Below are positions 1-9,084 of a stretch of 64,000 nucleotides of DNA, in pieces (positions within the stretch are counted from its first letter, which is position 1; every line of letters begins with the position of its first letter). The stretch covers positions 98,763-162,762 of the forward strand of contig CAZTJK010000001.1 of the NCBI GenBank assembly GCA_964613715.1. The letters run 5' to 3'. The translations under genes were made by a program, and so were the position numbers. This DNA is from an uncultured Candidatus Saccharibacteria bacterium. GTDB taxonomy: Bacteria; Patescibacteriota; Minisyncoccia; Phycocordibacterales; GWA1-40-21. A model generated the notes under the pieces. That model searched no databases and was not told the origin of the DNA. It saw only the letters and a list, made by a program, of their open reading frames with translations.

Positions 1-12
1 CTTGATATTTTG

Positions 13-85
13 TGGACCGCACCGGACTCGAACCGGTCACCTCTTCCATGCCATGGAAGCGCTCTACCAGATGAGCTAGCGGCCC
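13..85 (-). tRNA. tRNA-Ala (anticodon GGC)
   Basis: Cloverleaf readable on the minus strand as GGGCCGC-TA-GCTCATCTGGTAGAGC-G-CTTCC-ATGGCAT-GGAAG-AGGTC-ACCGGTTCGAGTCCGGT-GCGGTCC-A. It has the G3:U70 Ala identity pair and anticodon loop AT-GGC-AT; no CCA is encoded. Confidence 0.85.
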
Positions 86-132
86 ATCCACAAACGCAGA
101 GTATAGAACAAAAGGACGCAAAAGCAAAATAC

Positions 133-1071
133 CTAGTGGGCTTCGGTCTCTGAATAGTCGACGTGCGTCGTCATCGGACCCTCGCGGAAAAAGTTGATAT
201 TCACGAGCCATAGTGTCGCGACGATCGTGATCAAGATGGAAATATTCGTGATGATGTTTTGATGCTTCATGCCAAACCGCTCGAAGATCGTGGCAAGCGA
301 TATGACGATAGACAAGCAAAGGATGACAAGAAGAATCGTATTCTCCGTATCATGCCCATCCACGCCCATGCCGGCACGGCGTATTTCCTGGCGCAATTCC
401 GAGAACTTTTTCACGACAAACGATATGGCGCTCGTTGAAGTCGCACTTTCTTCGGTCGAGGTACCAAGAACTTCACCCGCAGCCGCTTTGCCGGAAACAA
501 CTGCAACGGTGCTTGATGATGATTTTGAAACTGGCGGCACGACGGTGACCGGATTGGCATAGATTTGCACCACGAAGACGCTTTCTTTCCCCTTGTAGGT
601 GCCGGTTGCGATCGCGCTACCCATTTCTGTATAAGCGCCCTTCACGATATTGGCGCGATGGGTCGGCGATTTCATCCAAGCGGCAGTCACATCCTGGCTC
701 TCGATAAAGTTGACGGCAAGATTCTCGCCGGCGTAATTGTACTGATAGCCGACCTCTGCAAGCCAATACCACGGCGTCTTGCCTTCCGGGCTTGTATGAG
801 CAAAATATCCTTTTGTGACCATGTCATTTGCCTTCAACTGGGCAGCTTCGGAAAGTAGTGGGTTCACAGCAAGCGCTGGCAGATTGTCATTCTGGCGCTC
901 CTGGTTCGTCAGCGCGCCAAGTGCAGAGACGAGCACGCTTGCCGGCTGAAAACCTGGCATATATGCCGGCGCTACGACGAAAATCGCTTCGATCAGGAGG
1001 ACGGCAAGCACGACCAATACGAGCGGTCTCTCGAAAATCGCCCCTATTTGCTTGGTTATTTTGCCGATCAT
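133..1071 (-). CDS. Membrane-anchored CAP/SCP (PR-1-like, YkwD-type) domain protein
   Basis: An N-terminal hydrophobic segment is followed by a CAP domain (SPTHRANIVKGAYTEMG, YQYNYAGENLA motifs). A Ser/Thr linker carrying a GEVLGTSTE motif leads to a C-terminal hydrophobic region. Confidence 0.6.
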   Translation of the reverse strand: MIGKITKQIGAIFERPLVLVVLAVLLIEAIFVVAPAYMPGFQPASVLVSALGALTNQERQNDNLPALAVNPLLSEAAQLKANDMVTKGYFAHTSPEGKTPWYWLAEVGYQYNYAGENLAVNFIESQDVTAAWMKSPTHRANIVKGAYTEMGSAIATGTYKGKESVFVVQIYANPVTVVPPVSKSSSSTVAVVSGKAAAGEVLGTSTEESATSTSAISFVVKKFSELRQEIRRAGMGVDGHDTENTILLVILCLSIVISLATIFERFGMKHQNIITNISILITIVATLWLVNINFFREGPMTTHVDYSETEAH

Positions 1072-1122
1072 GTTGGAAATTATACTGTAAAATTACAGTA
1101 CTGTAAAGTTCGGGTTCGAAAT

Positions 1123-3540
1123 TTACTGATTCAGCTTCGCGCGAGTGTATTCGGCGACGACACCAGTGCCATGCGTGCGATGCAACGGCACGAGGATATC
1201 AGAAGCATACTTTTCCTGGTATGCGATCACTGCAGCCTGAGTCAGTGTGCCGAAATAGCCGGTCGATGATGCATTGAAGAATCCTTCTGCGCGCAGGCGA
1301 TCTTGGAGCTCAGTCACATCAGGAGACAGGCGTGAGCCGAGGCGCATATTGTGAAGGAAGACGAACTTTTCCGCGCCGAGCACTTCCCCTGCAACGGGCT
1401 CTGTGCTTGTCGAAGCGTTGCCATTATCATTCGTTGCGGATCCTCCAGCAACTGATGGAGAAACGGATTCAGTCGAAGTGCCGAGCACTTCCCCGCCAGT
1501 CGTATCTTCAGTCACAACAGTCGTAGTGCGGGTGCGGTGTCCGGCGACGATCACCGTGCGAGTCTGCGGGAGAGCAGCATTACCCGCGGAATCCGTAGCA
1601 GTATAGGTAATGATATATGTACCTGCAATTTTTGTATTCACTTCCCCGGATGCGGCGACTTTCACAAATTCGTCCTGGTCGTCGGTCGCAGTCGCACCGG
1701 CATCGTCATAGGACACGGAGCCGAGATTCACGGTGATCGGATTCTGGCCGAGCACCGTGATGACCGGAGCAGTATCATCGAGCAGCACGCTGATGGATTC
1801 TGACTTGAGCGAGTTGCCCGCTGCATCATAAGCTACAGCAAAGAGGGTGTATGGGCCTTCTGCAAGCTCGGATGTATCCCAGCTTGCAATATATGGTGCT
1901 GCAATTGAATCAGTGATATGAACATTCTCCTCGGTGTTGTGACCATACCAGAACTCGACGCGAGCAATACCGGAAAGGTTATCGAGCGCATCGGCTGCAA
2001 GAGATACCGTGCCATGGACATGCGCATTGTTTGCCGGACTGGTCATGGAAACCGAATCGACATGGGTGTCGAGCTTGAGCTGATTAGCCGCAGTATTCAC
2101 CTCTTCAGCATTGCCGGAGGCATCGATGCCGAAATACTTAATTGTATAGATACCATCGGTATTCACGGTCGCCTGGCCCTGTCCCTCAGTGATAGAGACA
2201 GGGGTAGAATCAGTCGTCGGAGTCGAGCCATCGATCGTGTAATAGACGGTCGTGCAAGCGACATTGTCGGTGCAGTCAAACGTGATCGTCACTGGAGATG
2301 TGGACCAGCCAGCTGAGATATTGTCGGTGCTTGCCGGTGCTTCGCGATCCACGACATTCACCGTGCGGATGACCGGCGTTGCTGAATTGCCGTGAGAATC
2401 AGTGGCATTGTACGTAAGCGTGTAGGAGCCGACAGTATTGGTATCCACGCTGCCGCTTATAGATGCATTGATGAAGAAATCATAGTTATCGAAGACCGTC
2501 GCGCCGGACTCATGGTAGTGATGGCCGACGAGCACGGTGGTCGGATTGCTGCCATTCAAGTGAATGACCGGGTCTGTCGTATCCTGGACTTTGATCGTGA
2601 AGCTGCCAGTGCTGCGATTACCTTCATCATCGGTCGCACTGCAGGAAACGGTGTTATTGCCGAAATGAAATGTTGAACCAGAATTCGGTGAGCAGTCGAT
2701 GTCCGGATGCGCAGTATTGGCATCGGTAGCAGAGACGCTATAGCTCACCCGTGCGCCGCTGTGACTCGTGGCTTCGGCAGTGATCGTATCCGGCAAATTC
2801 AGCGTCGGTGCAGTATTGTCGACAATAACTGAAATATGCGATGATTCGGCGCTATTGCCGACCGTGTCGAATGCCTTCGCCCAGACAGGGTAGCTGCCAT
2901 CAGAAACGCCATTCGTATTCCAATTCACGCTGTAGGAAGAGCCGTGGGTGTCCTCGCCGATCTTCACTGATCCATTGCCCGATGAGCGCCAAAACTCGAC
3001 TTTCGCAATATCATTGTTGTCATCGGCATTCGCGCGGAGGGTCACGGTGTCGCTCACGACATCATGATTATGTGGGGACGTGAGAGAGACGGTCGGATTC
3101 GTCGCGTCCACTTGGATCGCATTCTGGAGGGTCTTCGGACCGACACTGTCGGATGAGCAGGTGTCGTTTGAATAGACCCAGACCTTGAGATCGTACGTAC
3201 CGGAATTCGAAGGGGCAGTAACCGAGAAGGTCTCGGTCGAGGAGTCGAAATTCTGCGTATGATTCGCAGTATTTACGCACTGCGCCGATGCTGAACCGAT
3301 CTGGTATTTCGTCGATTTCCAATAATTGGCACTGTTGTTGCCATTCGTCTCGGAGACGGACACTGATACGCTTGCGCCACCTGCGACGAGGGTTGAATTA
3401 TCCCCAGCAACCAAGACGGTATTGATTGTCTTGGTAAACGAGACTGCTGCCGATGCCTGGCCTGCAACTGCGAGCAATGCAAAAACCGCAAACGCACCTA
3501 CGATGTATTTCTTCATGAATAAAAAATGAATACTACGCAC
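1123..3540 (-). CDS. Large secreted cell-surface protein with repeated Ig-like/HYR/DUF5011-type domains and a C-terminal peptidoglycan-binding (PG_binding_1-like) domain
   Basis: Signal peptide [23 protein letters not shown]. Repeated VEFW..G Ig-like modules, a HYR-like segment (CSATDDEGN) and [17 protein letters not shown]-type repeats. C-terminal [11 protein letters not shown]...AVIAYQ motif typical of PG-binding domains. Confidence 0.6.
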   Translation of the reverse strand: MRSIHFLFMKKYIVGAFAVFALLAVAGQASAAVSFTKTINTVLVAGDNSTLVAGGASVSVSVSETNGNNSANYWKSTKYQIGSASAQCVNTANHTQNFDSSTETFSVTAPSNSGTYDLKVWVYSNDTCSSDSVGPKTLQNAIQVDATNPTVSLTSPHNHDVVSDTVTLRANADDNNDIAKVEFWRSSGNGSVKIGEDTHGSSYSVNWNTNGVSDGSYPVWAKAFDTVGNSAESSHISVIVDNTAPTLNLPDTITAEATSHSGARVSYSVSATDANTAHPDIDCSPNSGSTFHFGNNTVSCSATDDEGNRSTGSFTIKVQDTTDPVIHLNGSNPTTVLVGHHYHESGATVFDNYDFFINASISGSVDTNTVGSYTLTYNATDSHGNSATPVIRTVNVVDREAPASTDNISAGWSTSPVTITFDCTDNVACTTVYYTIDGSTPTTDSTPVSITEGQGQATVNTDGIYTIKYFGIDASGNAEEVNTAANQLKLDTHVDSVSMTSPANNAHVHGTVSLAADALDNLSGIARVEFWYGHNTEENVHITDSIAAPYIASWDTSELAEGPYTLFAVAYDAAGNSLKSESISVLLDDTAPVITVLGQNPITVNLGSVSYDDAGATATDDQDEFVKVAASGEVNTKIAGTYIITYTATDSAGNAALPQTRTVIVAGHRTRTTTVVTEDTTGGEVLGTSTESVSPSVAGGSATNDNGNASTSTEPVAGEVLGAEKFVFLHNMRLGSRLSPDVTELQDRLRAEGFFNASSTGYFGTLTQAAVIAYQEKYASDILVPLHRTHGTGVVAEYTRAKLNQ

Positions 3541-3647
3541 CTGATAATAAAATGAACATAACGATCCGACTCGTTATGTACGCACTCTGAGAAACCGGCC
3601 TGACTATAGCATGGAATGGGAATAATAAAAAGAGCATGTCCCTGGCT

Positions 3648-4007
3648 TCAGGTCATGCTCTTTCTGATGCGTGGCATCAGGAGATAGAACTCCCGGAATG
3701 CCTCATGATACTTGGCATCGTGCACCCGCTTGAACAAGCAATCGAGAAGCTCCGCTGCCTGGCGATAGCTCTCAGACAAGCCGTGCTTCTTGATCGGATG
3801 CAGGATCTCGACACAGAAGACGATCAGCCCATCAAACGTATGATTGCACCCATGAATATGGTGATCGATGCTCTGGCCGATGCGTTTGCCTTCGCATTCG
3901 ATGAAGCAGTCGTCCTCCTCAAAGCGGAGAGACAAGCGGCCTTCCGAATGCTTGACTGCAGCAACGACAATGCAGATAATTTCCTTGCCATATCGCTTTG
4001 CGGACAT
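3648..4007 (-). CDS. Small hypothetical protein (119 aa), monocistronic
   Basis: GAAAGGAGG Shine-Dalgarno 3 nt upstream of the ATG. A hairpin plus T-run terminator lies just downstream on the minus strand (about 3610-3650). The overlapping plus-strand ORF 3636..4049 was rejected. Confidence 0.5.
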   Translation of the reverse strand: MSAKRYGKEIICIVVAAVKHSEGRLSLRFEEDDCFIECEGKRIGQSIDHHIHGCNHTFDGLIVFCVEILHPIKKHGLSESYRQAAELLDCLFKRVHDAKYHEAFREFYLLMPRIRKSMT

Positions 4008-4130
4008 AGGCCCTCCTTTCTCCGTTTTATAGAGTTATTTCTCAAATGAACCAGCTTCTCATGAAAATGCTAGGACGATTTCAATACACTGTCAAGAGCA
4101 GCGTGGCTTCCCCATTCTCACCATTATTCA

Positions 4131-4463
4131 TCAAGCACCGATAGCATCGATCTTCGCAGCCATGATGAAATCATTCTGGGAAAGACCGCCGATGGCATGG
4201 GTCGACAAATCTATAGTGACGAATTTGTAATTGGTCAGATGAATATCAGGATGGTGTCCTTCGGACTCAGCGATCTTCCCCACCTGATCCACGAATGCAA
4301 GCGCAGCCTTAAAATCCTTACAGGTAAATTTTTTCGTAATACTCTTAGCATCTGCCGACAGTGACCAGCCGGAAACCTGCTTGAGCAGGATCTCGGCTTC
4401 GTCTTTCGTGGCGGGTGGCATGCCGCCTTCGCACGGAACGCAATGGGTCATGTTCAAATCCAT
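4131..4463 (-). CDS. Pterin-4a-carbinolamine dehydratase (PCD/DCoH family)
   Basis: EGHHPD motif and a family-typical length of 110 aa. Confidence 0.75.
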   Translation of the reverse strand: MDLNMTHCVPCEGGMPPATKDEAEILLKQVSGWSLSADAKSITKKFTCKDFKAALAFVDQVGKIAESEGHHPDIHLTNYKFVTIDLSTHAIGGLSQNDFIMAAKIDAIGA

Positions 4464-4481
4464 AGTGCTCAGTATATCAAA

Positions 4482-4961
4482 TTAAGATGCGGAGCCGGAC
4501 ACGATGCGCGGATTCCACAGTATTGAATCGACATTGCGAGTGCCGTTGAAATTCCAATGATGCTCCACCGGGTAGCCAAGACGGGAGCTGTTGCTTATCG
4601 CCTTGTCATTACCGATATAAAAACCGATATGGGTGTGTGACTCATCGGTGCCGGGCGCCGCTTGTTCCCACACCAGAATGGAGCCGATTTCCGGGACTTG
4701 GATTTCCTGCCAGCCGGATGCTTTCAGGTCTTTGACCGTGCCGAGGACCGTCGCATGTATTTCTGCAATATATCTGAACATCACGAGAATAGCAGATACG
4801 AAAAAGGCGCAGGAGAGCCTGCCGTTTTCGACCACATCCCTTCGCTTATGATCCTTGTCTGTATAAAAATTGCGGAATGCAGTCGAGCCGACACTGTTCT
4901 TCACAACAGCCATATAGGTGTCGAAAACGAACGCATGCCCGATAGTGCGTGCCTGTTCCAT
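4482..4961 (-). CDS. CHAP/NlpC-P60-like putative amidase/peptidase with no signal peptide
   Basis: Cys (LSCAFFV), then GW..I..PE.GSILVW, then HTHIGFYIG, which matches the Cys-His papain-like CHAP pattern. The ATG overlaps the CCA end of the upstream tRNA, so the true start may be internal. Confidence 0.4.
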   Translation of the reverse strand: MEQARTIGHAFVFDTYMAVVKNSVGSTAFRNFYTDKDHKRRDVVENGRLSCAFFVSAILVMFRYIAEIHATVLGTVKDLKASGWQEIQVPEIGSILVWEQAAPGTDESHTHIGFYIGNDKAISNSSRLGYPVEHHWNFNGTRNVDSILWNPRIVSGSAS

Positions 4962-4962
4962 G

Positions 4963-5038
4963 TGGTGGACCCTACCAGATTCGAACTGGTGACCTCCTCA
5001 TTGCAAATGAGGCGCTCTACCAACTAAGCTAAGGGCCC
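4963..5038 (-). tRNA. tRNA-Ala (anticodon TGC) with encoded CCA
   Basis: GGGCCCT-TA-GCTTAGTTGGTAGAGC-G-CCTCA-TTTGCAA-TGAGG-AGGTC-ACCAGTTCGAATCTGGT-AGGGTCC-ACCA, with the G3:U70 pair. Confidence 0.85.
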
Positions 5039-5078
5039 GCGAAAGCGTACTCTAGCACGATTTTTCTTTTTTTCAAAA

Positions 5079-6047
5079 CTATTTTCCGGCGAGCGCTAGG
5101 CCAAGCACATGATCGAGAAATTGCGTCAGTGATGAGCCCACGGCGGTGAGCGCCTTCGGCATGAGCGACTCGCTTGTCAGACCCGGCAAGGTATTCGTCT
5201 CAAGGATATAGATGCCCCGCTTCGGATGCACGATGAAATCTGATCGCGAATAATGCCGCAAGCCCAAGGCGTGATGCGCTTCCATGGCGGCTTTTTGTAT
5301 CAGATCTTTTTCTTTCTCGCTGAAATTGCCCGGACAGATCTCCTCTGATTTTCCTGAATATTTCGCATCTTTGTCGAAAAACTCGCTTGATGACGGATGC
5401 CGGATTTCGATGACGGGCAATGGATAGAGTGCATGCTCGCGAAAATTATCTATTACGCCGCAGGTCGCCTCCTTGCCAGAAATATATTCTTCGACAAGCG
5501 CGATCTCCGAATGCGCCAGTGCATCTTTGAGTGCTGGCAGAATTTCCTTCATCGTTTTCACGAGCGTGACGCCGTGCGACGAGCCGCTTGATACAGGCTT
5601 CACGATTGCCGGCATCGGAAAGCTCTTGAAGATCTGTGCGGCAAGCATCTCGTCTTCCTCTCCTTTTCGCACAGCACGATATATCGGCGTCTTGATATTG
5701 AATTTCTCAAACATGCGCTTGGCAAGGAGCTTGTTCATGGCGATCGCGGATGCAAGCGCGCCGGAGCCGGTATATTTTACCTGCGAATGATCAAGGAGCT
5801 GCTGCAGCTTGCCATCCTCGCCGTATGCACCATGGAGCGCATTGAAAAGTACATCGATACCCTGAAAGGCTTTTTGCGGATGAATACTTGATCCATCGAC
5901 AAGCCATTCGCCTGCTTTGGAGATAATGATATCAGTGGGAATATAGCCTGCAGGCATATGATCGAGCACGCTCTTGCCCGTAAGCATGGATATTTCATGC
6001 TCATCGCTCGGTCCCCCGCGCACCACGCCGACTTTGACCTTTCTCAT
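5079..6047 (-). CDS. ddl: D-alanine--D-alanine ligase
   Basis: ATP-grasp protein with GVVRGGPSDEHEIS near the N-terminus and LETNTLPGLT near the C-terminus. The start was trimmed to MRKVKVGVV. Confidence 0.85.
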   Translation of the reverse strand: MRKVKVGVVRGGPSDEHEISMLTGKSVLDHMPAGYIPTDIIISKAGEWLVDGSSIHPQKAFQGIDVLFNALHGAYGEDGKLQQLLDHSQVKYTGSGALASAIAMNKLLAKRMFEKFNIKTPIYRAVRKGEEDEMLAAQIFKSFPMPAIVKPVSSGSSHGVTLVKTMKEILPALKDALAHSEIALVEEYISGKEATCGVIDNFREHALYPLPVIEIRHPSSSEFFDKDAKYSGKSEEICPGNFSEKEKDLIQKAAMEAHHALGLRHYSRSDFIVHPKRGIYILETNTLPGLTSESLMPKALTAVGSSLTQFLDHVLGLALAGK

Positions 6048-6116
6048 GCGGAAAGTATACCATGGCCGACAATCAAAAAAGCTACCCATGTCAGGTAGCT
6101 TTCCGTACTGCATGCT

Positions 6117-6473
6117 TCAGGGATGCTGCTGCACCGGCAGAAGGCTCGTAAATGATGCGAGCGATCGGGATTGCTTAAATTGCTCGAGCAACTGGTCGAT
6201 CGTCATATCAGTACAGGCTGCCTCGCAGGCGAGAAAGACAACAATAAGGTTATCCTCTTCGCTTTCCGCGGTCGGTTTGGCCTCCTGCATTATTGTAGAA
6301 AACTTTTTGTATTCATCATGGGACAGCGCATTCTTGAATCTGGCAGCAATGACTGCTACCGTCTTCCTATTCCTGCGAATGCCCTGCACGAGCTCTTCAG
6401 CGCATGGAAAACATGCGTGCAAGCCGTTCGGCAATCGCCGGGCAATGCCATGTTTTGGACACCTGGCTGCCAT
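6117..6473 (-). CDS. Small Cys-rich (zinc-ribbon-like) protein, paralog 1 of a tandem pair
   Basis: GGAAAGGA Shine-Dalgarno before MAARCPKHG. Shares C..H...ACFxC.EELV and a C-terminal EEDxLIvvFL...RS motif with the gene at 6569..7051. A TTGACA-17-AATAAT promoter lies upstream. Confidence 0.55.
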   Translation of the reverse strand: MAARCPKHGIARRLPNGLHACFPCAEELVQGIRRNRKTVAVIAARFKNALSHDEYKKFSTIMQEAKPTAESEEDNLIVVFLACEAACTDMTIDQLLEQFKQSRSLASFTSLLPVQQHP

Positions 6474-6568
6474 AAAAAATCCTTTCCTCTGGAAAATAGC
6501 TTCTGTCGAGATTATTCTCCTCGAACGGGATTTTGTCAAATAAAAAGAGCCGCCCGCATGGACAGCTC

Positions 6569-7051
6569 TCACTGCAGATAAATATCCGCAAACCGGAAGA
6601 AATATTGCTGCAGATTGATGACAGAACAGATCGACCGCTCAGCACGCACCATAGCAACGACCTCGTTCATTGAGCATCGCTGGTTAAGCGCTTTTGCCAT
6701 AAGAAAGCGGAGGATAGAAATATCTTCGTCTCCGATCTTCATATGCTGAGAATCGACACGAGCAACATCGACAAGCTCGTAATATTCCTCTTGCGAGATA
6801 GCATTTTTTACTGCCCCCGCAATGAGCGCCGCATCTGAGAGGTAAAGCTCAACCAGCTCATCAATGCAGGAAAAACATGCAGTGACGCCCTCCGAAAAGC
6901 TGCGGTGAATCTGCTGATGCTCGCGGCAGAAGACGCGCGAGTTCCATGTGCAGATAGTGCAGGCGACCGACATACGGACAAGCTTGCTGCGGCGTATCGG
7001 CAGGACATGGTATTCCTGCAAATCCGTCTGACTGCAGAAATGGCAGTTCAT
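6569..7051 (-). CDS. Small Cys-rich (double zinc-ribbon-like) protein, paralog 2 of a tandem pair
   Basis: GAAAGGAGG Shine-Dalgarno 4 nt before the ATG. Motifs CHFC, CTIC and CFSC. Confidence 0.55.
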   Translation of the reverse strand: MNCHFCSQTDLQEYHVLPIRRSKLVRMSVACTICTWNSRVFCREHQQIHRSFSEGVTACFSCIDELVELYLSDAALIAGAVKNAISQEEYYELVDVARVDSQHMKIGDEDISILRFLMAKALNQRCSMNEVVAMVRAERSICSVINLQQYFFRFADIYLQ

Positions 7052-7187
7052 ACGGCCTCCTTTCTCCTGATATAAATGACCTTCCTGCTTTCAAAATAGC
7101 GTCTGCAGGCCGGGCTGTCAAACGAAAATTCTTGACTTATTTTTTCTGCATACTAGTATTGGAAGTGGAAAATGATCTTGAAAGGAG

Positions 7188-7532
7188 GTGGATATGCTAC
7201 CGATCCAGGCGAATAAATGCCGCTTGAATGTGACGGAAGATCCGCGAGTGCTCCTCGTCGAATGCAGCCATGGCAATGTTAGCACGGCTGCGATATGCCT
7301 CATGTACATCTTGGATAATGAGGTGCTCGAGCAAGGAGTATTCATGCTCGATGTGAAAGGCCCGAGCGTGCGGACGTTCGGCATCATTTTCGAAAAGATG
7401 GCGCGCAGGGCAGGGTTTGACGCGAAAGAGCTGGCTCGCAAGCTGCCGATCCATGCGGAAAACGGCTTGATCGTGGCCAATCATGGCTTCGACAGTGACC
7501 TTTTCGCGATTGGCAAGGAAATTCCTGGATAA
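7188..7532 (+). CDS. Small hypothetical protein (114 aa), putative member of the FFxP/LTxxQV small-protein family
   Basis: TTGACT-16-TAGTAT promoter, GAAAGGAGG Shine-Dalgarno and its own terminator. Core motif CRLNVTEDPRVLLVECS...AAICLMYIL. Confidence 0.55.
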   Translation: MDMLPIQANKCRLNVTEDPRVLLVECSHGNVSTAAICLMYILDNEVLEQGVFMLDVKGPSVRTFGIIFEKMARRAGFDAKELARKLPIHAENGLIVANHGFDSDLFAIGKEIPG

Positions 7533-7541
7533 GATGTATGA

Positions 7542-7570
7542 CCCGTTCCGAAAGGAGCGGGTTTTTGTTT
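7542..7570 (+). terminator. Rho-independent terminator
   Basis: Hairpin cccgttccgaaaggagcggg followed by tttttgtttt. Confidence 0.6.
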
Positions 7571-8787
7571 TAGAGGAATGCCCGCTTGCGGCGCGCGGTG
7601 TGGAATGCTACCGCGAAGCGATGCGCTTCGGTATTGGCAAGGAGGATATCCTTTTTGTATTTTTCGATAAGCGCTTCCCTGCCTTGGATCGCCTTCGGGC
7701 GATGCCGCTCGTCTTTCGTCACGGCGGCGACAGGGATATCGAGCTTCAGCGATTTCAATATTTTTTCAGCGGCATTCTTCTGCGGCAAAGCGCCGTCGAC
7801 GACGATAAGCGCAGGCAAGCGCCACTCGGCATGCGCCAGGCGACGGCGCAGCATCTCGACAAGCGCTGCTACGTCGTTCTGCATGCTCTCGTTTATCTTG
7901 AACTTGCGATACTCGACCTTGTTCGGCGCACCGTCCTCCACCACCGTCATAACGCCTACCGTATTCGTGCCGCTGATATGCGCAACGTCATATGCCTCAA
8001 TGCGGAACGCGCCTGTGCTAGCAGCGCCTGAGAAATCCGCACGCATGAGCGCCACGTCCTGGATATGGTTCAGCGCGAATATGGTCTTTTTAACTGCACC
8101 GGCTTTTTCGAATTCGCGCGCTTTCGCAAGCATCTTCATCTCCTTCGCAAGGTTCTTCAGTATATTTTTCTTCTTACCGTTAAAGAACAGTGAAATATTT
8201 TTGATAGTTTTCGCGTATTCCTGCTTTGACACGACGCCGATGCAGGTGCCGGGGCAGAGGCCGATCTGATAGTTGAAGCAGCCGCGTGGCTCGCCGAGCT
8301 TGCAGTAGTCGCGGAACGGGAATATCTTGCGGACGATCTTCACCGCGTCGCGCAACTGCGTGCCGCTCGTGAACGGGCCGAATTTCGCTTTCACTCTGTA
8401 GCCGAGCTCGTGCCCGCCCGAAAGATTCTTCCCTCGCTCTATAAGCACCCGCGGAAAATCCTCTTTCGTGATGACGACGTAATTGTAGCTCTTGTCGTCC
8501 TTTTCCTTCACATTGTATTTCGGCTGATATTTTTTGATGAGCGCGTTCTCGAGGATGAGCGCTTCGAGCACGGAGTCCGTCCGCTCGAAGGTCACCCGGT
8601 CGGCTTGGAAAACCATGTCGAGGATGGCCGGCCCGCGCGCAGCAATGAGGTCGGCAGCGAAATAGCTCTTCACGCGGTCACGGAGCAACGTTGCCTTGCC
8701 GATATAGAGAATCTGCCTGCCTTTCCTGAAGAAATAGACGCCTGGGGCCTGTGGCAGCTTAGTTTTTGCGAAATCTTGACTGTTCAT
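7570..8787 (-). CDS. uvrC: Excinuclease ABC subunit C, compact form (about 406 aa)
   Basis: GIY-YIG N-terminus (GVYFFRKGRQILYIGKA), a UvrB-interacting region and an endonuclease domain. The C-terminal HhH appears to be absent. Start trimmed to MNSQDF. Confidence 0.75.
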   Translation of the reverse strand: MNSQDFAKTKLPQAPGVYFFRKGRQILYIGKATLLRDRVKSYFAADLIAARGPAILDMVFQADRVTFERTDSVLEALILENALIKKYQPKYNVKEKDDKSYNYVVITKEDFPRVLIERGKNLSGGHELGYRVKAKFGPFTSGTQLRDAVKIVRKIFPFRDYCKLGEPRGCFNYQIGLCPGTCIGVVSKQEYAKTIKNISLFFNGKKKNILKNLAKEMKMLAKAREFEKAGAVKKTIFALNHIQDVALMRADFSGAASTGAFRIEAYDVAHISGTNTVGVMTVVEDGAPNKVEYRKFKINESMQNDVAALVEMLRRRLAHAEWRLPALIVVDGALPQKNAAEKILKSLKLDIPVAAVTKDERHRPKAIQGREALIEKYKKDILLANTEAHRFAVAFHTARRKRAFL

Positions 8788-8845
8788 TATTCGTGTTATA
8801 CCATGCGAAAAGAATCGGTTCAAATACAAAAAATAAGGAGATTCC

Positions 8846-9035
8846 CATGGGAAGCCCGTGCAGGCCGAGGCCTGCATTGCAGCACAACCGTATCAAGCAG
8901 CAGATCAGGCGACAGCAAGCGCAACAGGTAAAAAAGCCCCGCTACAAGGAAAAGGGCAGAACGAGCATGTTCTGGGCAGGAAACCATCTCTTCTCTTTGA
9001 CGAGAGATGGAACGATCCTGGAACACAACGTTTGA
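8846..9035 (+). CDS. Small basic hypothetical protein (62 aa)
   Basis: TAAGGAG Shine-Dalgarno 6 nt before the ATG, and a strong plus-strand terminator directly downstream. Confidence 0.4.
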
Positions 9036-9047
9036 CCAGCGCCTCCC

Positions 9048-9079
9048 GCGCCGGACCGTTTACGGTCCGGCGCTTTTTT
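9048..9079 (+). terminator. Rho-independent terminator
   Basis: Perfect hairpin gcgccggaccg-ttta-cggtccggcgc followed by tttttt. Confidence 0.65.
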
Positions 9080-9084
9080 CTTGC

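Noticed and set aside
3636-4049. 137-aa plus-strand ORF overlapping the 3648..4007 minus ORF
   Set aside because: The minus-strand frame has a GAAAGGAGG Shine-Dalgarno and a downstream terminator. The plus-strand frame has neither.
5079-6113. N-terminal extensions of several track ORFs (ddl 6113, uvrC 8877, helicase 29988, nusB 40240, dnaE 42211, thrS 45764, prfA 61148, rpsP 32592)
   Set aside because: The extensions lack family-conserved N-termini, and they overlap neighbouring genes or tRNAs. Starts were trimmed to internal Met codons that match the expected protein N-termini or ribosome-binding sites.
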